Shown in pieces: positions 1 through 11,163 of a stretch of 44,246 nucleotides of DNA; the stretch's first letter is position 1; every line of letters begins with the position of its first letter. Source of the stretch: Candidatus Melainabacteria bacterium (lineage in GTDB: Bacteria; Cyanobacteriota; Vampirovibrionia; Obscuribacterales; JAKAZS01); assembly GCA_027371815.1 (NCBI GenBank), contig DAHXLC010000160.1, positions 1-44,246 on the forward strand, written 5' to 3'. The position numbers were made by a program, and so were the translations under genes. The notes under the pieces were generated by a model. The model saw only the letters and a list, made by a program, of their open reading frames with translations, was not told the DNA's origin and did not search any database.

Positions 1-1020
1 CTTTTTTCCATGGTGGCAAGTCGTTTAGCGATTGAAGATGCCAAGCTCGACATCCGTAAAACAGTAGCTGAAAGAGTTGGAACATTTATTGGTACAGGTG
101 TTGGTGGTCTAATAACAACTACGGCTGATCATATCAAATTAATGGAAGGTGGTCCGAAAAAAATCGGCTTACGGTCGATTATAAGATTAATGCCTAATGC
201 ACCATCTGGTCAGGTCGCAATTGAATATGGCGCAAAAGGACGAGCTAAAAGCGATGCTACGGCTTGTGCTAGCGGTCTAGACTCTTTGTTTGATGCTTTT
301 ATGTATATTAAAAACAATCGTGCTGATGTAATGATATCAGGCGGAGCTGAAGCATGCATTAATCCTTTTAGTTTGGCTTCATTCAGTAATATGATGGCTT
401 TATCTAAACGTAATGACAGCCCTGAAAAAGCTAGCCGTCCGTTTAATGCCGATCGAGATGGTTTTGTTATGGGGGAAGGGTCAGTAATTTTAATCCTGGA
501 AGAATTAGAACATGCCTTAAGGCGCAATGCTCAGATATACGCTGAAATCATTGGCGGTGGAGCTAGTTGCGATGCAACGCATATCGTAGCTCCGGATGGG
601 ACTGGCGATGGAGCTTCGCGGGCAATTCGTGAAGCCCTGCGTGATGCTAATATAGAACCCAGTCAAATTGATTATATTAATGCACATGGAACATCCACTA
701 CGCTTAATGATGAAGTTGAAACCCTTGCCATCAAGAATGTCTTTGGGGCTCATGCTTATAAATTAGCTATATCAAGTACTAAATCAATGGTTGGACATTT
801 GCTTGGAGCCGCTGGCGTTATTGGCGCAGCCGCTACGGCTTTATCGATTACCCATCAAAAAATTCATCCAACTATTAATTATGAAAAACCCGATCCAAAA
901 TGTGATCTTGATTATGTACCTAATGTATATCGGTCAGCTAAAGTTGAACATGCTTTAGTTGAAGCACTTGGCTTTGGTGGTCATAATACGGCGTTGGTTA
1001 TGAAGAAATATGTAGCATAA
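1..1020 (+). CDS. fabF: beta-ketoacyl-ACP synthase II, 5'-partial (continues upstream of window)
   Basis: Frame 1 is open from base 1 (LFS precedes the first Met at 10). KAS-II hallmarks are present: active-site Cys in DATACASGLDS, His in NAHGTSTTLND, GHLLGAAG, and C-terminal GFGGHNTALVMKKY. Stop TAA is at 1018-1020. Confidence 0.93.
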   Translation, partial: LFSMVASRLAIEDAKLDIRKTVAERVGTFIGTGVGGLITTTADHIKLMEGGPKKIGLRSIIRLMPNAPSGQVAIEYGAKGRAKSDATACASGLDSLFDAFMYIKNNRADVMISGGAEACINPFSLASFSNMMALSKRNDSPEKASRPFNADRDGFVMGEGSVILILEELEHALRRNAQIYAEIIGGGASCDATHIVAPDGTGDGASRAIREALRDANIEPSQIDYINAHGTSTTLNDEVETLAIKNVFGAHAYKLAISSTKSMVGHLLGAAGVIGAAATALSITHQKIHPTINYEKPDPKCDLDYVPNVYRSAKVEHALVEALGFGGHNTALVMKKYVA

Positions 1021-1021
1021 T

Positions 1022-1939
1022 GTGTTTGATTTATTAAAGAAATATTGTGTCGTAACCTGGATTAGCTTATTAACTCTAAATACAGCAAATTCAGAAGAAT
1101 TGTCAATAAATCAGTTGACAACAGATCTGCCGCAATTTATAAAATTAGGGATAGACAATTTTAATCATTACCAATTTAAAGTGGCCAGTCTTGAATTTGA
1201 ACTAATTACGGCCTTAACACCTCACGAATCAATTTATCAGCGTTACTATTTAAGCAGTTTATTATTTAACGGCGAATTTGCCCATGCCTTTAGTGAATTC
1301 TTGATTGTCATGGGGCTGGCGAAGTCAACTGATTATTTGCCAGCTGAAATCAATGAATTAACCCATAAGCTCAAACAGTTATATTTACAGTTAGCGGTAT
1401 CGGCAATGCATAAAAGCAATTGGCAGGGTGTGGTTAAATTCACCCAAATGTACTTAGTCCATAGTCCTAATAGTCTTAAAGCCAAAAGACTACTGGCGTT
1501 TGCCTATGCTAATTTAAACAATTATGATTTGGCTGAAAAATATTATAATATCTGCCTTACGGCTAATCCGCAAGATTCTTCGTTAAGAGCTGATTTTGCC
1601 TATATGCTCGAAAGTATGGGTGATATCCATAAGGCTTATGAGCAAATTAAAGAAGCTAGCAAAAATGCGCCAAATGTTACGGCATTATATGTTGATCGTG
1701 CCTGGCTTTCTGAGGCCTGTAAAGATTATAGTGCTGCATTAGATTCAATCGATGAAGCTATTAAACTAAGTCCAAATAGTCCTGGTTTATGGATTCATAA
1801 AGGACGCATTTTAATTTCTTCAGGAAAAATTAATGAAGCTCGAATCGCCCTTTTGAAAGTTTTACAATTAGAACCTGACTCAATTGCAGCCCAAGCAAGT
1901 TTAAAACAAATTTCCCAAAATAGTAAACCAGTAGATTAA
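1022..1939 (+). CDS. TPR-repeat protein with N-terminal signal-like segment
   Basis: GTG start lies 1 nt after the fabF stop. The N-terminus is hydrophobic (KKYCVVTWISLLTLNTANS). The C-terminal half has TPR-like helical repeats (AEKYYNICLTANPQDSSLRADFAYMLESMGDIHKAYEQIKEA...; ALDSIDEAIKLSPNSPGLWIHKGRIL). Confidence 0.6.
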   Translation: MFDLLKKYCVVTWISLLTLNTANSEELSINQLTTDLPQFIKLGIDNFNHYQFKVASLEFELITALTPHESIYQRYYLSSLLFNGEFAHAFSEFLIVMGLAKSTDYLPAEINELTHKLKQLYLQLAVSAMHKSNWQGVVKFTQMYLVHSPNSLKAKRLLAFAYANLNNYDLAEKYYNICLTANPQDSSLRADFAYMLESMGDIHKAYEQIKEASKNAPNVTALYVDRAWLSEACKDYSAALDSIDEAIKLSPNSPGLWIHKGRILISSGKINEARIALLKVLQLEPDSIAAQASLKQISQNSKPVD

Positions 1940-1948
1940 TATATTGAA

Positions 1949-1972
1949 TATAATCCTGTCAAGTGGATTATA
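1949..1972. promoter_or_regulatory. 8-bp inverted repeat TATAATCC-N8-GGATTATA upstream of yjbQ-glnN (operator, weak terminator of the TPR gene, or -10 box in a hairpin)
   Basis: Read directly: tataatcc (1949-1956), tgtcaagt, ggattata (1965-1972). The left arm contains a perfect TATAAT. No T-run follows. Confidence 0.25.
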
Positions 1973-1997
1973 ATTAAGAATTAACCTGTTTACAATT

Positions 1998-2444
1998 TTG
2001 CGGTTTAATTTGACAATGCAAGCAATGTTAGCTCAGACAAAGTATCTCTGGTTTAATACCAATAAACGTCAAGAATTTATTCGAATTACTGACGATGTGG
2101 CTAGTTTTGTCGATAGCAGTAAAATTGTGGAAGGTATTGTCTTAATTTCAGCCATGCATATAACGGCTGGAGTTTATGTCAATGATAATGAAAATGGCTT
2201 AATTGCTGATATTCAAGAATGGCTGGAAAAATTAGCTCCGGCTAATATAAATTATAAACATCATCAAACTGGTGAAGATAATGGTGATGCACATTTAAAA
2301 AGAATGTTAATTAATCATCAGGTAACCGTACCCATTACAAATGGCAAATTAGATTTGGGCCCTTGGGAACAGATTTTTTATGCCGAATTTGATGGACAAA
2401 GGAAGAAACGCTTAATTTTAAAAGCTTTAGGTATAGGAAGGTAA
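1998..2444 (+). CDS. yjbQ: UPF0047/YjbQ family protein (secondary thiamine-phosphate synthase-type)
   Basis: The ORF opens at TTG 1998, but ATG 2016 or 2025 are more plausible starts. [34 protein letters not shown] and [19 protein letters not shown] fit the YjbQ family pattern as I recall it. The stop is 4 nt before the glnN ATG. Confidence 0.75.
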   Translation: MRFNLTMQAMLAQTKYLWFNTNKRQEFIRITDDVASFVDSSKIVEGIVLISAMHITAGVYVNDNENGLIADIQEWLEKLAPANINYKHHQTGEDNGDAHLKRMLINHQVTVPITNGKLDLGPWEQIFYAEFDGQRKKRLILKALGIGR

Positions 2445-2448
2445 AATT

Positions 2449-4707
2449 ATGACAAATACAACATATTCAGAATCAAAACCCAATTTTATGTCTTCGGTTA
2501 ATTTTAATCCGAATCGTAATCAATCTCGCAAAAAGGCAAGTCAGCAAATTATGAATCGTAGCAATTATGTAAATACCAATATGTCCGCTGATTTTAAAAT
2601 TGGTGATATTTTTGGCACTAATGTTTTTAACCGTCAAGTCATGTCTACTTTATTGCCTAAACCAGTTTATAAATCACTGGTTCAATCGCTTGATCGTGGC
2701 GAGCGATTAGATCCTAGTATTGCCGATGTTGTTGCTAATGCCATGAAAGACTGGGCAATCTCTAAGGGGGCAACCCATTTTTGTCATTGGTTTTTACCGA
2801 TGACTGGTCTTAGTGCTGAAAAGCATGATTCATTTTTGGTTTCAGCTAACGATAGTGGTGCTATCATTGAATTTTCTGGACAGAATTTATTGCTGGGTGA
2901 GCCTGATGCCTCTAGCTTTCCCTCTGGCGGTATTAGGTCTACTTTTGAAGCTCGTGGCTATACGGGTTGGGATCCAACCAGTCCAGCATTTATTATGGAA
3001 AGTGTAAATGGAAAAACCTTATGTATTCCCTCAATTTTTTGTTCATTTAGCGGACATGCTTTAGACAAAAAGACACCATTGCTACGTTCAATGGATGCTT
3101 TAAACCGAGCTGCCTTAAGGTTATTAAACTTGCTTGGTAATACCACACCAACACGGATTATTTCCACCGTTGGACCCGAACAAGAATACTTCCTTATTGA
3201 TGAAGCCTATTATCTTTCCCGACCAGACTTGATTAATTCAGGTCGCGCCTTGTTTGGTGCCAAACCACCTAAAGGTCAGGAAATGGAAGATCATTACTGG
3301 GGATCAATTAAAGAACGTGTTTTAGCTTTTATGATTGACAGTGAATACGAACTTTATAAATTAGGCGTTCCCGTTAAAACCCGACATAATGAAGTAGCTC
3401 CAGCACAATTTGAAGTAGCTCCGGTTTTTGAAACCAGTAATATTGCCTGTGATCATAATATGCTGTTAATGGAAGTATTTCGCAAGACCGCCCAAAAACA
3501 TGGCTTACGTTGCCTCTTGCATGAAAAGCCCTTTAGTGGTGTAAATGGTAGTGGCAAGCATAACAACTGGTCGTTAGCTGATGATCTAGGTAATAATCTA
3601 CTCGATCCAGGTTCAACGCCAGCAGAAAATTCTCAATTTTTAGTAATGCTCACTTGCGTCATTTTAGCGGTAAGTAAATATGGTAATCTGCTCAGGGCTA
3701 GCGTAGCTTCCGCTGGTAACGACCATCGTTTAGGTGCTAATGAAGCACCTCCAGCTATTATGAGTATTTATCTAGGTGATAAATTAACCCAAATTATTGA
3801 AAGTCTAGTATCAGGTAAAAAAGAAGTTAAAGGTAATCATGGATTGCCAATTGAAATCGGGGTATCACTGCTGCCTAATTTACCCCGTCATGATTCCGAC
3901 CGCAACCGTACTTCACCGTTTGCTTTTACCGGCAATAAATTTGAATTTCGGGCAGTTGGCTCCAGTCAGTCAATAGCTTTTCCTAATACAGTAACCAATA
4001 TTATTGTTGCTGAAGCGATGAAAATCATTGCTAATGATATTGAAGCCCATTTAAAGAAAGGTCAGGATCTTAATGCCAGTATTGCCAACGTTTTACAGAA
4101 AACGTTAAAAGAACATCAGAAAATTATTTTTAATGGTGATAATTACAGTAAGGAATGGCATGAAGAAGCAGCTAAACGCGGTCTGTCAAATTATAAAAAT
4201 ACGGTGGAATCATTGCCCAGTTTAATGACCAAAGAATCGGTTGAATTATTTTCCAGTCATGGGGTTTTAACCGAGGCGGAATTAAATAGTCGTTATATAA
4301 TAATGCTGGAAAACTATACAAAAACCATTGCAATTGAAGCCTCACTTACAGCAAATCTAGCCCAAACCGTTATACTACCTCCTTGCTTAGAATACCAGGC
4401 ACGGCTAGCTCAAACAATAGCAACCAGTAAAATGGCCATGCCCAATATTATGCAGACGGCTCAAGAAGAAATTTTACGAGAATTATCTAGTAAAATAAAT
4501 GATTTCTATCGCTCAATTGAAGTTTTAGAAACTTTAATTAAAAGTAGTGGTGAAAATCATGATTTGCTTCACGAAGCTCAGTATTATGAACAGGAAGTTT
4601 TGGCAGCAATGAAAGAAGTTCGCAAATTTGCTGATCAATTAGAGTTATTTATTGATGATTCACTTTGGCCAATGCCGAAGTTTAGAGAAATGCTTTATAT
4701 TTATTAA
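2449..4707 (+). CDS. glnN: glutamine synthetase type III
   Basis: 752-aa ORF with SD AGGAAGG at 2435-2441, 7 nt before the ATG. GSIII-like N-terminus ([35 protein letters not shown]). Catalytic-core motifs are [31 protein letters not shown] and [11 protein letters not shown]. Size fits GlnN, not GSI. Confidence 0.9.
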   Translation: MTNTTYSESKPNFMSSVNFNPNRNQSRKKASQQIMNRSNYVNTNMSADFKIGDIFGTNVFNRQVMSTLLPKPVYKSLVQSLDRGERLDPSIADVVANAMKDWAISKGATHFCHWFLPMTGLSAEKHDSFLVSANDSGAIIEFSGQNLLLGEPDASSFPSGGIRSTFEARGYTGWDPTSPAFIMESVNGKTLCIPSIFCSFSGHALDKKTPLLRSMDALNRAALRLLNLLGNTTPTRIISTVGPEQEYFLIDEAYYLSRPDLINSGRALFGAKPPKGQEMEDHYWGSIKERVLAFMIDSEYELYKLGVPVKTRHNEVAPAQFEVAPVFETSNIACDHNMLLMEVFRKTAQKHGLRCLLHEKPFSGVNGSGKHNNWSLADDLGNNLLDPGSTPAENSQFLVMLTCVILAVSKYGNLLRASVASAGNDHRLGANEAPPAIMSIYLGDKLTQIIESLVSGKKEVKGNHGLPIEIGVSLLPNLPRHDSDRNRTSPFAFTGNKFEFRAVGSSQSIAFPNTVTNIIVAEAMKIIANDIEAHLKKGQDLNASIANVLQKTLKEHQKIIFNGDNYSKEWHEEAAKRGLSNYKNTVESLPSLMTKESVELFSSHGVLTEAELNSRYIIMLENYTKTIAIEASLTANLAQTVILPPCLEYQARLAQTIATSKMAMPNIMQTAQEEILRELSSKINDFYRSIEVLETLIKSSGENHDLLHEAQYYEQEVLAAMKEVRKFADQLELFIDDSLWPMPKFREMLYIY

Positions 4708-4763
4708 TTTCAAGTAAGACTTCAATATTATACTTTATAAGTAATTTTAAGGATTGAAACATC

Positions 4764-5732
4764 ATGATAAGAAAAAAAATCACTATTTTAGGCTCAGGAG
4801 CTAGTGGCTTAACAGCGGCTGTTTATGCAGGGCGAGCTAATCTTGAGCCTTTGGTTATTCAAGGACTTCAAGCTGGTGGTCAGTTAACGATAACAACTGA
4901 TGTAGAAAATTTTCCTGGTTTTCCTGAAGGCATTCAAGGTCCAGATCTTATGGAAGCCATGCATAAACAGGCTGAGCGCTTTGGTACTCAATTTATATAT
5001 GACAATGCGCAAATGGTTGATTTAAAAAAAAGACCTTTTGTCGTTAAAACTTCTAGTGAAGAGATTCTAACCGATAGTTTGTTAATTTGCACTGGGGCTA
5101 GTGCTAAATTATTAGGAATTGAATCAGAATCCCGGTTAATGGGTCATGGTGTTTCAGCTTGTGCAACTTGCGATGGTTTCTTCTTTAAAGACCTTAAAGT
5201 ATATGTAGTTGGTGGTGGTGATACCGCTTTAGAAGAAGCAGTGTTTTTAACAAGATTTGCCAAGTCGGTTACCTTAATTCATCGCCGTGAAACTTTCCGC
5301 GCTTCAGCTATTATGGTTGAGCGGGCTAAAAATAATCCTAAAATTAATTTTATTTTAAATAGTGTAGTTGAAGAAATTTATGATGTTGAATCTGGTTCAG
5401 TCAATGGCCTTTTAGTTAAAAACATTAAAACCAATGAAAAGACTAAGTTAGAAGCTGATGGTGTTTTTATTGCCATTGGACATCATCCAAATACTGATTT
5501 ATTTGCTAACCAGCTAGATCTTGATGAATCAGGATACATTATAACTGATGGTGTTAAAACCAATATACCTGGTGTCTTTGCTGCTGGCGATGTAATGGAT
5601 ACAGTCTATAAACAAGCCGTAACAGCAGCTGGCAGTGGCTGTAGGGCAGCGCTTGAAGCGCAGTGGTATCTAGAAAATCTAGAAGCCAATTCAGATCATG
5701 ATAAGAATAAGGAAAAAATGCTTGTTGACTAA
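4764..5732 (+). CDS. trxB: thioredoxin-disulfide reductase
   Basis: FAD motif ILGSGASGLTAAVYAGRA, redox-active CATCDG, NADPH Rossmann VVGGGDTALEEA, and FAAGDVMD. SD AAGGA lies upstream of the ATG. There is a short acidic/basic C-terminal tail ([19 protein letters not shown]). Confidence 0.92.
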   Translation: MIRKKITILGSGASGLTAAVYAGRANLEPLVIQGLQAGGQLTITTDVENFPGFPEGIQGPDLMEAMHKQAERFGTQFIYDNAQMVDLKKRPFVVKTSSEEILTDSLLICTGASAKLLGIESESRLMGHGVSACATCDGFFFKDLKVYVVGGGDTALEEAVFLTRFAKSVTLIHRRETFRASAIMVERAKNNPKINFILNSVVEEIYDVESGSVNGLLVKNIKTNEKTKLEADGVFIAIGHHPNTDLFANQLDLDESGYIITDGVKTNIPGVFAAGDVMDTVYKQAVTAAGSGCRAALEAQWYLENLEANSDHDKNKEKMLVD

Positions 5733-6870
5733 CGTTGGTTTAAAGCATATAGCCATATTGGTTCGAAATTTTACCCCTTTTGGTGGATTAGAAGGATATA
5801 ATTTTAAATTAATTCAGGGCTTGTTAAATCAAGAGTTCAAAGTTACGGTTATTTGTGAACAAAACTCTGGGGAATTCTCTCATAAGAATTTAACTGTTTA
5901 TGAAAGTTTAAAGTGTAATACCAAACTCAAGTATTCCGAAAAACTTAAATGGTATTATCATACCAGTAATAATTTGTTGCAAAATCATTCCTTCGATTTA
6001 ATTCATAGCCAGCAAGTTCCAACAAAATATGCCAATGTAGTTACCTTTCATAATCATACCATTGCCCGACAAATTAATGCCGGTACACACTTTGAAAACC
6101 TGGTGAATAACTATAAAGCTAAATTTACAGCAAAATATAAATTGCAAAATTACTATGATGAAATTTTAGCTAAATCCGCACAAAGTTTAATTTTTCCGTC
6201 TTTTCAAGCCTTAGCGGATTATCGTCAAACCTATCAAATAAATTCTCAAGATAATTTATTTGTTGCCTACCCTGGGCTTGATCCAGAAATTAATCTTGAA
6301 TACAGTAAGGATCAAAATAATATTTTATTTATTGGTAAAGGTTACCGACGCAAAGGGCTAGATGTGTTATTGAAAGCCATAAGTAAATTAATTCAGGATA
6401 ATGTCCCAGTTAAACTTAATATTATTGGTTTAAAATTAACCCCAGTTTATAAATTGCGCCTAAAAATTTTAGGTATTGAAAATAATGTATTTTTTCATGG
6501 TTCCATTTATAATCTTAAAGATTTTTTTGCTTTTAGTGATATTATTGTCCAAGTATCTCGAATTGAAACTTTTGGTATGTCGGTGCTGGAAGCTATGCAG
6601 TATCATGTATTGCCTGTAGTCAGTCGCAATTGTGGTATAGTTGAAATTTTTCAAAATGATGTTAATGGAATAATAATTAATAATTATCTTAGCGTAACTG
6701 AATTATCGGAAAAATTAAAAATGCTGATATCCAACCAAAGTTTAAGACATAAAATTGTCTGTAATGCCCAAGAATTAAGCCATAAATTTTCCTGGGATAA
6801 AACGGTAACAGATACATTAAAAGCCTATGAATACGCTTTAAAGGAAATACACAATGTCACAAACAGATAA
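5698..6870 (+). CDS. GT-B fold glycosyltransferase (family 4 / group 1)
   Basis: C-terminal signature [30 protein letters not shown] (E-x7-E). N-terminus [18 protein letters not shown] is typical of GT4. It overlaps trxB by 35 nt if ATG 5698 is the start (start uncertain) and overlaps the next gene by 17 nt. Confidence 0.75.
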   Translation: MIRIRKKCLLTNVGLKHIAILVRNFTPFGGLEGYNFKLIQGLLNQEFKVTVICEQNSGEFSHKNLTVYESLKCNTKLKYSEKLKWYYHTSNNLLQNHSFDLIHSQQVPTKYANVVTFHNHTIARQINAGTHFENLVNNYKAKFTAKYKLQNYYDEILAKSAQSLIFPSFQALADYRQTYQINSQDNLFVAYPGLDPEINLEYSKDQNNILFIGKGYRRKGLDVLLKAISKLIQDNVPVKLNIIGLKLTPVYKLRLKILGIENNVFFHGSIYNLKDFFAFSDIIVQVSRIETFGMSVLEAMQYHVLPVVSRNCGIVEIFQNDVNGIIINNYLSVTELSEKLKMLISNQSLRHKIVCNAQELSHKFSWDKTVTDTLKAYEYALKEIHNVTNR

Positions 6871-8938
6871 AACTCTAAAGAAGCCAAATCACTTAATTAA
6901 TGAAACGAGTACGTATTTGTTACAACATGCTTATAATGAGGTTAACTGGTATCCCTGGGGCAATGAAGCTTTAAATTTAGCTAAAACCCAAAACAAGCCA
7001 ATATTTTTATCTATTGGTTATTCGGCCTGCCATTGGTGTCATGTCATGGAACATGAATCATTTAATGACCCCCAGATTGCCAAAATTATGAATGATAATT
7101 TTATTAATATTAAAGTAGACCGTGAAGAGCGGCCTGATCTTGATGAAATTTATATGAAAGCCGTTCAGATAATTTCGCATCACGGCGGTTGGCCAATGAG
7201 TGTATTTTTAACTACAGATTTAAAGCCATTTTTTGGTGGTACTTATTTCCCGCCCGAAGACAGCCATTCACTGCCAAGTTTTAAGAAAGTTTTAAATACT
7301 TTAGCTAAACTTTATCATGAGAGTATTGATGATATTAATAATAGTGCCAGTGAAATAATTGCGCTTATGCAATCAATGGACAACTGGCAAACTGAGTCTA
7401 ACGCTAAAATTGATTTTGAATTGATTTTAAATAAATTTTTAACCAATGCTGATATGCTTTATGGTGGCTTTGGCAGTCAGCCCAAATTTCCTAATCCCGG
7501 AAATTTATTATTCTTGTTAAACTTAAGTTTAAAAATTGACAGTGAAAAGCTAAAGCTGTTTTTACAAACCACTTTAGATAAAATGGCTATTGGCGGTATA
7601 TTTGATCAATTAGGCGGTGGCTTTGCTCGTTACGCAACAGATAATAAATGGCATATTCCCCATTTTGAAAAAATGCTTTATGATAATGCACAATTAGCCT
7701 ATATATATTTAAAAGGCTATTTAATCTATAATAATAAATTTTATTTAGAAATTGCCAGAAAAACCTTAGATTTTGTCTTAACCAATTTAAAGGATTCTAG
7801 TGGTGGCATTTTATCAAGCCTAGATGCTGATACCATCGAAGGTGAAGGTCATTATTATGTTTTTACCATCGCTGAAATTAAATCGCTCTTAAATAAAGAT
7901 GAATTTGATTTTATCAATAAAATTTACGATCTTAAAGATACCGGAAATTTTGAACACCAAAAAAATATTTTGTATTTAAAAGCCAATCCGGAAAACCTTT
8001 GCTCAGCATTGGCTTTATCGATGACGGATTTTAAGGAAAAATTAGCCACGGTCAATCAAAAGTTATTTGACTATCGACAGCAGCGACCTATTCCTTCAAT
8101 AGATCAAAAAATTATCACATCCTGGAATTGTTTAATGGTTGTTAGTTTGGTTTATGCCTATAATATAACTAAAAATATTGACTATTTAGAAAACGCTAAA
8201 TCTATAACTGATTTTATTTTAGCTAAATTAGTGCTAAATGGTAATGTAATGCATTCAATTGCTCAAAATAAAACTAGTATTTACGGATTTCTTGACGACT
8301 GGTCATATTTAGTTATGGCTTTGTTAGAATTAGCCCAAACTGTTCCTGAAGCCAAATATCTAAATTTAGCAATTGATTTTACGAATAAAATCATGACACA
8401 GTTTTCTGCCGATAATGATTTCTATTTTACTTCAAATAACCAAGCCGAAAATTTGATTATTCGACCTAAACATATTTATGATACGGTTTATCCATCAGGT
8501 TTATCGGTTTTAGTAGCCAATTTCCTTAAACTTTTCCAGTTTACAAATTATCAGCCATACCAGGATCTGGCTTTAGGAATAATTGATAAATATCAAGGTC
8601 AAATTGTTGAAGTACCCCAACAATGGGGTTATATGTTAAATGCTATTTTAGCTAAGGACAATGCTTGCCTTATTTTGTTAGCTAATCCTGAAAATGATTC
8701 TTATAATGATTTTATGACTACGATTTATCAAAAATATTTAGCCGATAAAAATATGCTGATTTTAACACCAGCTATGTTAAATGAATTTTTAACCAGGCAA
8801 GAATTTTCGCAATGCCTTAGCCTCCAGAATAAAGAATTAGTTCAAGGCAAGACAACATTATATTATTGTGAAAATTATACCTGTAAAGAACCAATTAATG
8901 ATTTAAGTAAATTACAAAATTTTAGTTTTAAGGAGTAA
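6854..8938 (+). CDS. thioredoxin-domain protein, YyaL/SPATA20-like (DUF255 plus alpha/alpha-barrel region)
   Basis: SD AAGGAAA at 6841-6847. N-terminal thioredoxin-fold with [16 protein letters not shown], then [10 protein letters not shown] and GGFARYATD...[12 protein letters not shown]. The ~690-aa length matches the family. Confidence 0.85.
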   Translation: MSQTDKTLKKPNHLINETSTYLLQHAYNEVNWYPWGNEALNLAKTQNKPIFLSIGYSACHWCHVMEHESFNDPQIAKIMNDNFINIKVDREERPDLDEIYMKAVQIISHHGGWPMSVFLTTDLKPFFGGTYFPPEDSHSLPSFKKVLNTLAKLYHESIDDINNSASEIIALMQSMDNWQTESNAKIDFELILNKFLTNADMLYGGFGSQPKFPNPGNLLFLLNLSLKIDSEKLKLFLQTTLDKMAIGGIFDQLGGGFARYATDNKWHIPHFEKMLYDNAQLAYIYLKGYLIYNNKFYLEIARKTLDFVLTNLKDSSGGILSSLDADTIEGEGHYYVFTIAEIKSLLNKDEFDFINKIYDLKDTGNFEHQKNILYLKANPENLCSALALSMTDFKEKLATVNQKLFDYRQQRPIPSIDQKIITSWNCLMVVSLVYAYNITKNIDYLENAKSITDFILAKLVLNGNVMHSIAQNKTSIYGFLDDWSYLVMALLELAQTVPEAKYLNLAIDFTNKIMTQFSADNDFYFTSNNQAENLIIRPKHIYDTVYPSGLSVLVANFLKLFQFTNYQPYQDLALGIIDKYQGQIVEVPQQWGYMLNAILAKDNACLILLANPENDSYNDFMTTIYQKYLADKNMLILTPAMLNEFLTRQEFSQCLSLQNKELVQGKTTLYYCENYTCKEPINDLSKLQNFSFKE

Positions 8939-8943
8939 AATCT

Positions 8944-9207
8944 ATGGCCAATGATCTAAATGAAGATAAAAGTATTGCCAAAGCCGAATTAATCCAAGGT
9001 ATAAAGGCTTTGTATATCCCCTTATCATCATTTCTAGCCTGTGTTATTATGGCTGGTGGTGTCTATTTAATCATTAATGGTGAACCGTTGGGTTATTTTA
9101 TGTTTACCCTAGCCATTGTAATTATTATAAGTGCTATTTTTGCATTTTTAACATTTCAAAATAGTTTAAGAGCCCAAGGCAAAATTTTAGATAAAGAAGA
9201 TCATTAA
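8944..9207 (+). CDS. small two-TM membrane protein, unknown function
   Basis: SD AAGGAG lies upstream and the ATG is 5 nt after the previous stop. Two hydrophobic segments are present (LSSFLACVIMAGGVYLII; FMFTLAIVIIISAIFAFLTF). No motif recognised. Confidence 0.5.
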   Translation: MANDLNEDKSIAKAELIQGIKALYIPLSSFLACVIMAGGVYLIINGEPLGYFMFTLAIVIIISAIFAFLTFQNSLRAQGKILDKEDH

Positions 9208-9249
9208 AAAAGTGATGACCTTAACTTAATTAATTATGTCATCACTTTT
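9208..9249. terminator. bidirectional intrinsic-terminator-like hairpin between convergent genes
   Basis: aaaagtgatgac (9208-9219) pairs perfectly with gtcatcactttt (9238-9249), with an 18-nt loop. The GC-containing 8-bp core GTGATGAC/GTCATCAC is followed by a T-run on both strands. The right arm encodes the last residues (KSDD) of the minus-strand gene. Confidence 0.5.
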
Positions 9250-11097
9250 AATAACATTATTGAGCTTATAATCTTGACTTAAATTTAATTTAGGTAGATT
9301 GGCATTCATAAATAAACTTTTATTACCATAATCTAATAGTCTTAAGGTGTTACCAAAATCATTTTTAAAACTAGTTATTAGCTTAGAATCATTATCGGAA
9401 ATAAACCATTTCGGATATGTTTTTATAACAGTATTAATTTTATTAATCCAAATTGCTTCTAAGTCTAAGGCTATAGCAATACATAGTAAGCGATCAAACA
9501 TATAGGGATTTTTTTTGGCTAATATTATAATATCTTCTTGCGTTGCATTCATTATAAAATCTTGGATATGTTTAATTTGTTCATAAACTTTAAGCCCATT
9601 AATTGATCTTATCGGCAAATGCCGGGCACTTAAAAAGATTATGACTGCACTAAGACAAAGACCAATTATCGAGGGTAAGATATTTAAAATGACCGTTTCA
9701 TAATAAATACCATAGGTGGCAAAAAGCGTAAATATTGGTTGTAATCCGGCACAAATTAAAGTGCTTATCGCTAATAAATTATAAAGTCGGATAATTTTAG
9801 TCGGGTTATTCAAAGTTATATAACCTAAATGTTTGAGATTGGCATAAATTAAATTAGTTATTTCTTTTATTGATTCTTTATCTGTTGAAATAATTAGTTC
9901 AGAAAACTTTATCTGCGTATTATTTTGCTTAAACATTGTTCGATAAATATATAGTTCAAATGATTTTAATTCTTCAGGGTCATGATTAGACATAGATTTC
10001 TTGAATATCAAATCATTGTCACTCATTAAAGGTAAATTTTCACCTTGACATTGTTGAATACTAATATAGTCACGACAAGCCAAATCAATAAAAACTGCAG
10101 TTAAATCCCGCGGGTCAAATTTCCCATCAAAAATAATACCAATTTCTCCAGGGCTTAAAGTATTCAAAAGATTTAAATTGGGATCTTGATCTAGGGCTGA
10201 TAGTTTTTTCCGCGGAGTTAAACTTAAAAATTGAATGCCAAAAATTAATAATGTTAAAATCGGAAGTAATATTCCTGGTTGAAGATATTCCCACAGCCAA
10301 TAAAAACTTAAAAAATTATACTGGCTTAAATCTATTGAATTTTTAGGTAAATAACATAAAAATGAATATTCAGGATTGTTTAAATCAGGGACAAATTTAC
10401 ATTGAATTGAATTTTTTGCATAACTTATAGGTAAATCAACTTTATGATCATAACTAACAATTTCAGTATGAGTATTACTACTATTTATATTTTCAGGTAA
10501 AGTAAGTGTTAAGTTGATATTTTTCAAAGCTATATTTTTGGGCGAATTTAACAAATTAAAGTGTAATAGCTCTTGATTTTTATCTTGCGAAACGGCGCCC
10601 AGAAGCTGATATTTTAAAATTAGCACAGGTGTTATATTAAGGCTAAAATACCTACGACGGAATAATGAAAAAAACTGGTATAAAATATTTTGGTCGTTAT
10701 TGTTTACATTGTGCTTAGTAAGTTTTATTCTAAGTAAATAGTCATTATCAATCTTAAGCAGGGAATAAGAAATTGGAACCCTATCTAATGTTAATTTGTT
10801 GATTTTTATTTTTAAATGGCCATCACCTTTAAAAAATTTTGTATATTCCTCATTATCATTATTTATTAAATCCGACTTAATAACTTCAGTAGCATCAAGA
10901 ACACCATTCTTTTCAAGGCTAAGGTTTAGATTATAGTCGTTATTTTCATAACCTTTGTCCTGCTTATTAATACCTTGGTTGGCAACGATAAAAGCTGTTA
11001 AAAAAAATAGCGTTAAACCCATTGTAAGATATCGATATAATCGAACCGCTTTTTCTGAACGATTAACATCAGTATATTCATCAAACTTACTTAACAT
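9226..11097 (-). CDS. polytopic membrane protein, DUF2207-like architecture
   Basis: 623-aa ORF. It has an N-terminal TM (LTMGLTLFFLTAFIVA), a ~230-aa extracytoplasmic region, a TM (ILLPILTLLIFGIQFLSL), a soluble loop, then clustered C-terminal TMs. The family assignment is from architecture only. Confidence 0.5.
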   Translation of the reverse strand: MLSKFDEYTDVNRSEKAVRLYRYLTMGLTLFFLTAFIVANQGINKQDKGYENNDYNLNLSLEKNGVLDATEVIKSDLINNDNEEYTKFFKGDGHLKIKINKLTLDRVPISYSLLKIDNDYLLRIKLTKHNVNNNDQNILYQFFSLFRRRYFSLNITPVLILKYQLLGAVSQDKNQELLHFNLLNSPKNIALKNINLTLTLPENINSSNTHTEIVSYDHKVDLPISYAKNSIQCKFVPDLNNPEYSFLCYLPKNSIDLSQYNFLSFYWLWEYLQPGILLPILTLLIFGIQFLSLTPRKKLSALDQDPNLNLLNTLSPGEIGIIFDGKFDPRDLTAVFIDLACRDYISIQQCQGENLPLMSDNDLIFKKSMSNHDPEELKSFELYIYRTMFKQNNTQIKFSELIISTDKESIKEITNLIYANLKHLGYITLNNPTKIIRLYNLLAISTLICAGLQPIFTLFATYGIYYETVILNILPSIIGLCLSAVIIFLSARHLPIRSINGLKVYEQIKHIQDFIMNATQEDIIILAKKNPYMFDRLLCIAIALDLEAIWINKINTVIKTYPKWFISDNDSKLITSFKNDFGNTLRLLDYGNKSLFMNANLPKLNLSQDYKLNNVIKSDDIIN

Positions 11098-11163
11098 AGA
11101 AACACTTTATGATTACACCCAGAGAGAAGAATTTTTTTTGCTATAAACATAGGTCGATGAAAT

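Noticed and set aside
210-753. Two antisense ORFs (105 and 78 aa) inside fabF
   Set aside because: They lie entirely within a strongly supported CDS on the opposite strand. They have no start context or motif and look like typical shadow ORFs.
2813-3167. 64-aa (+) and 69-aa (-) ORFs inside glnN
   Set aside because: They are out-of-frame or antisense overlaps of a conserved enzyme gene, with low-complexity hydrophobic translations.
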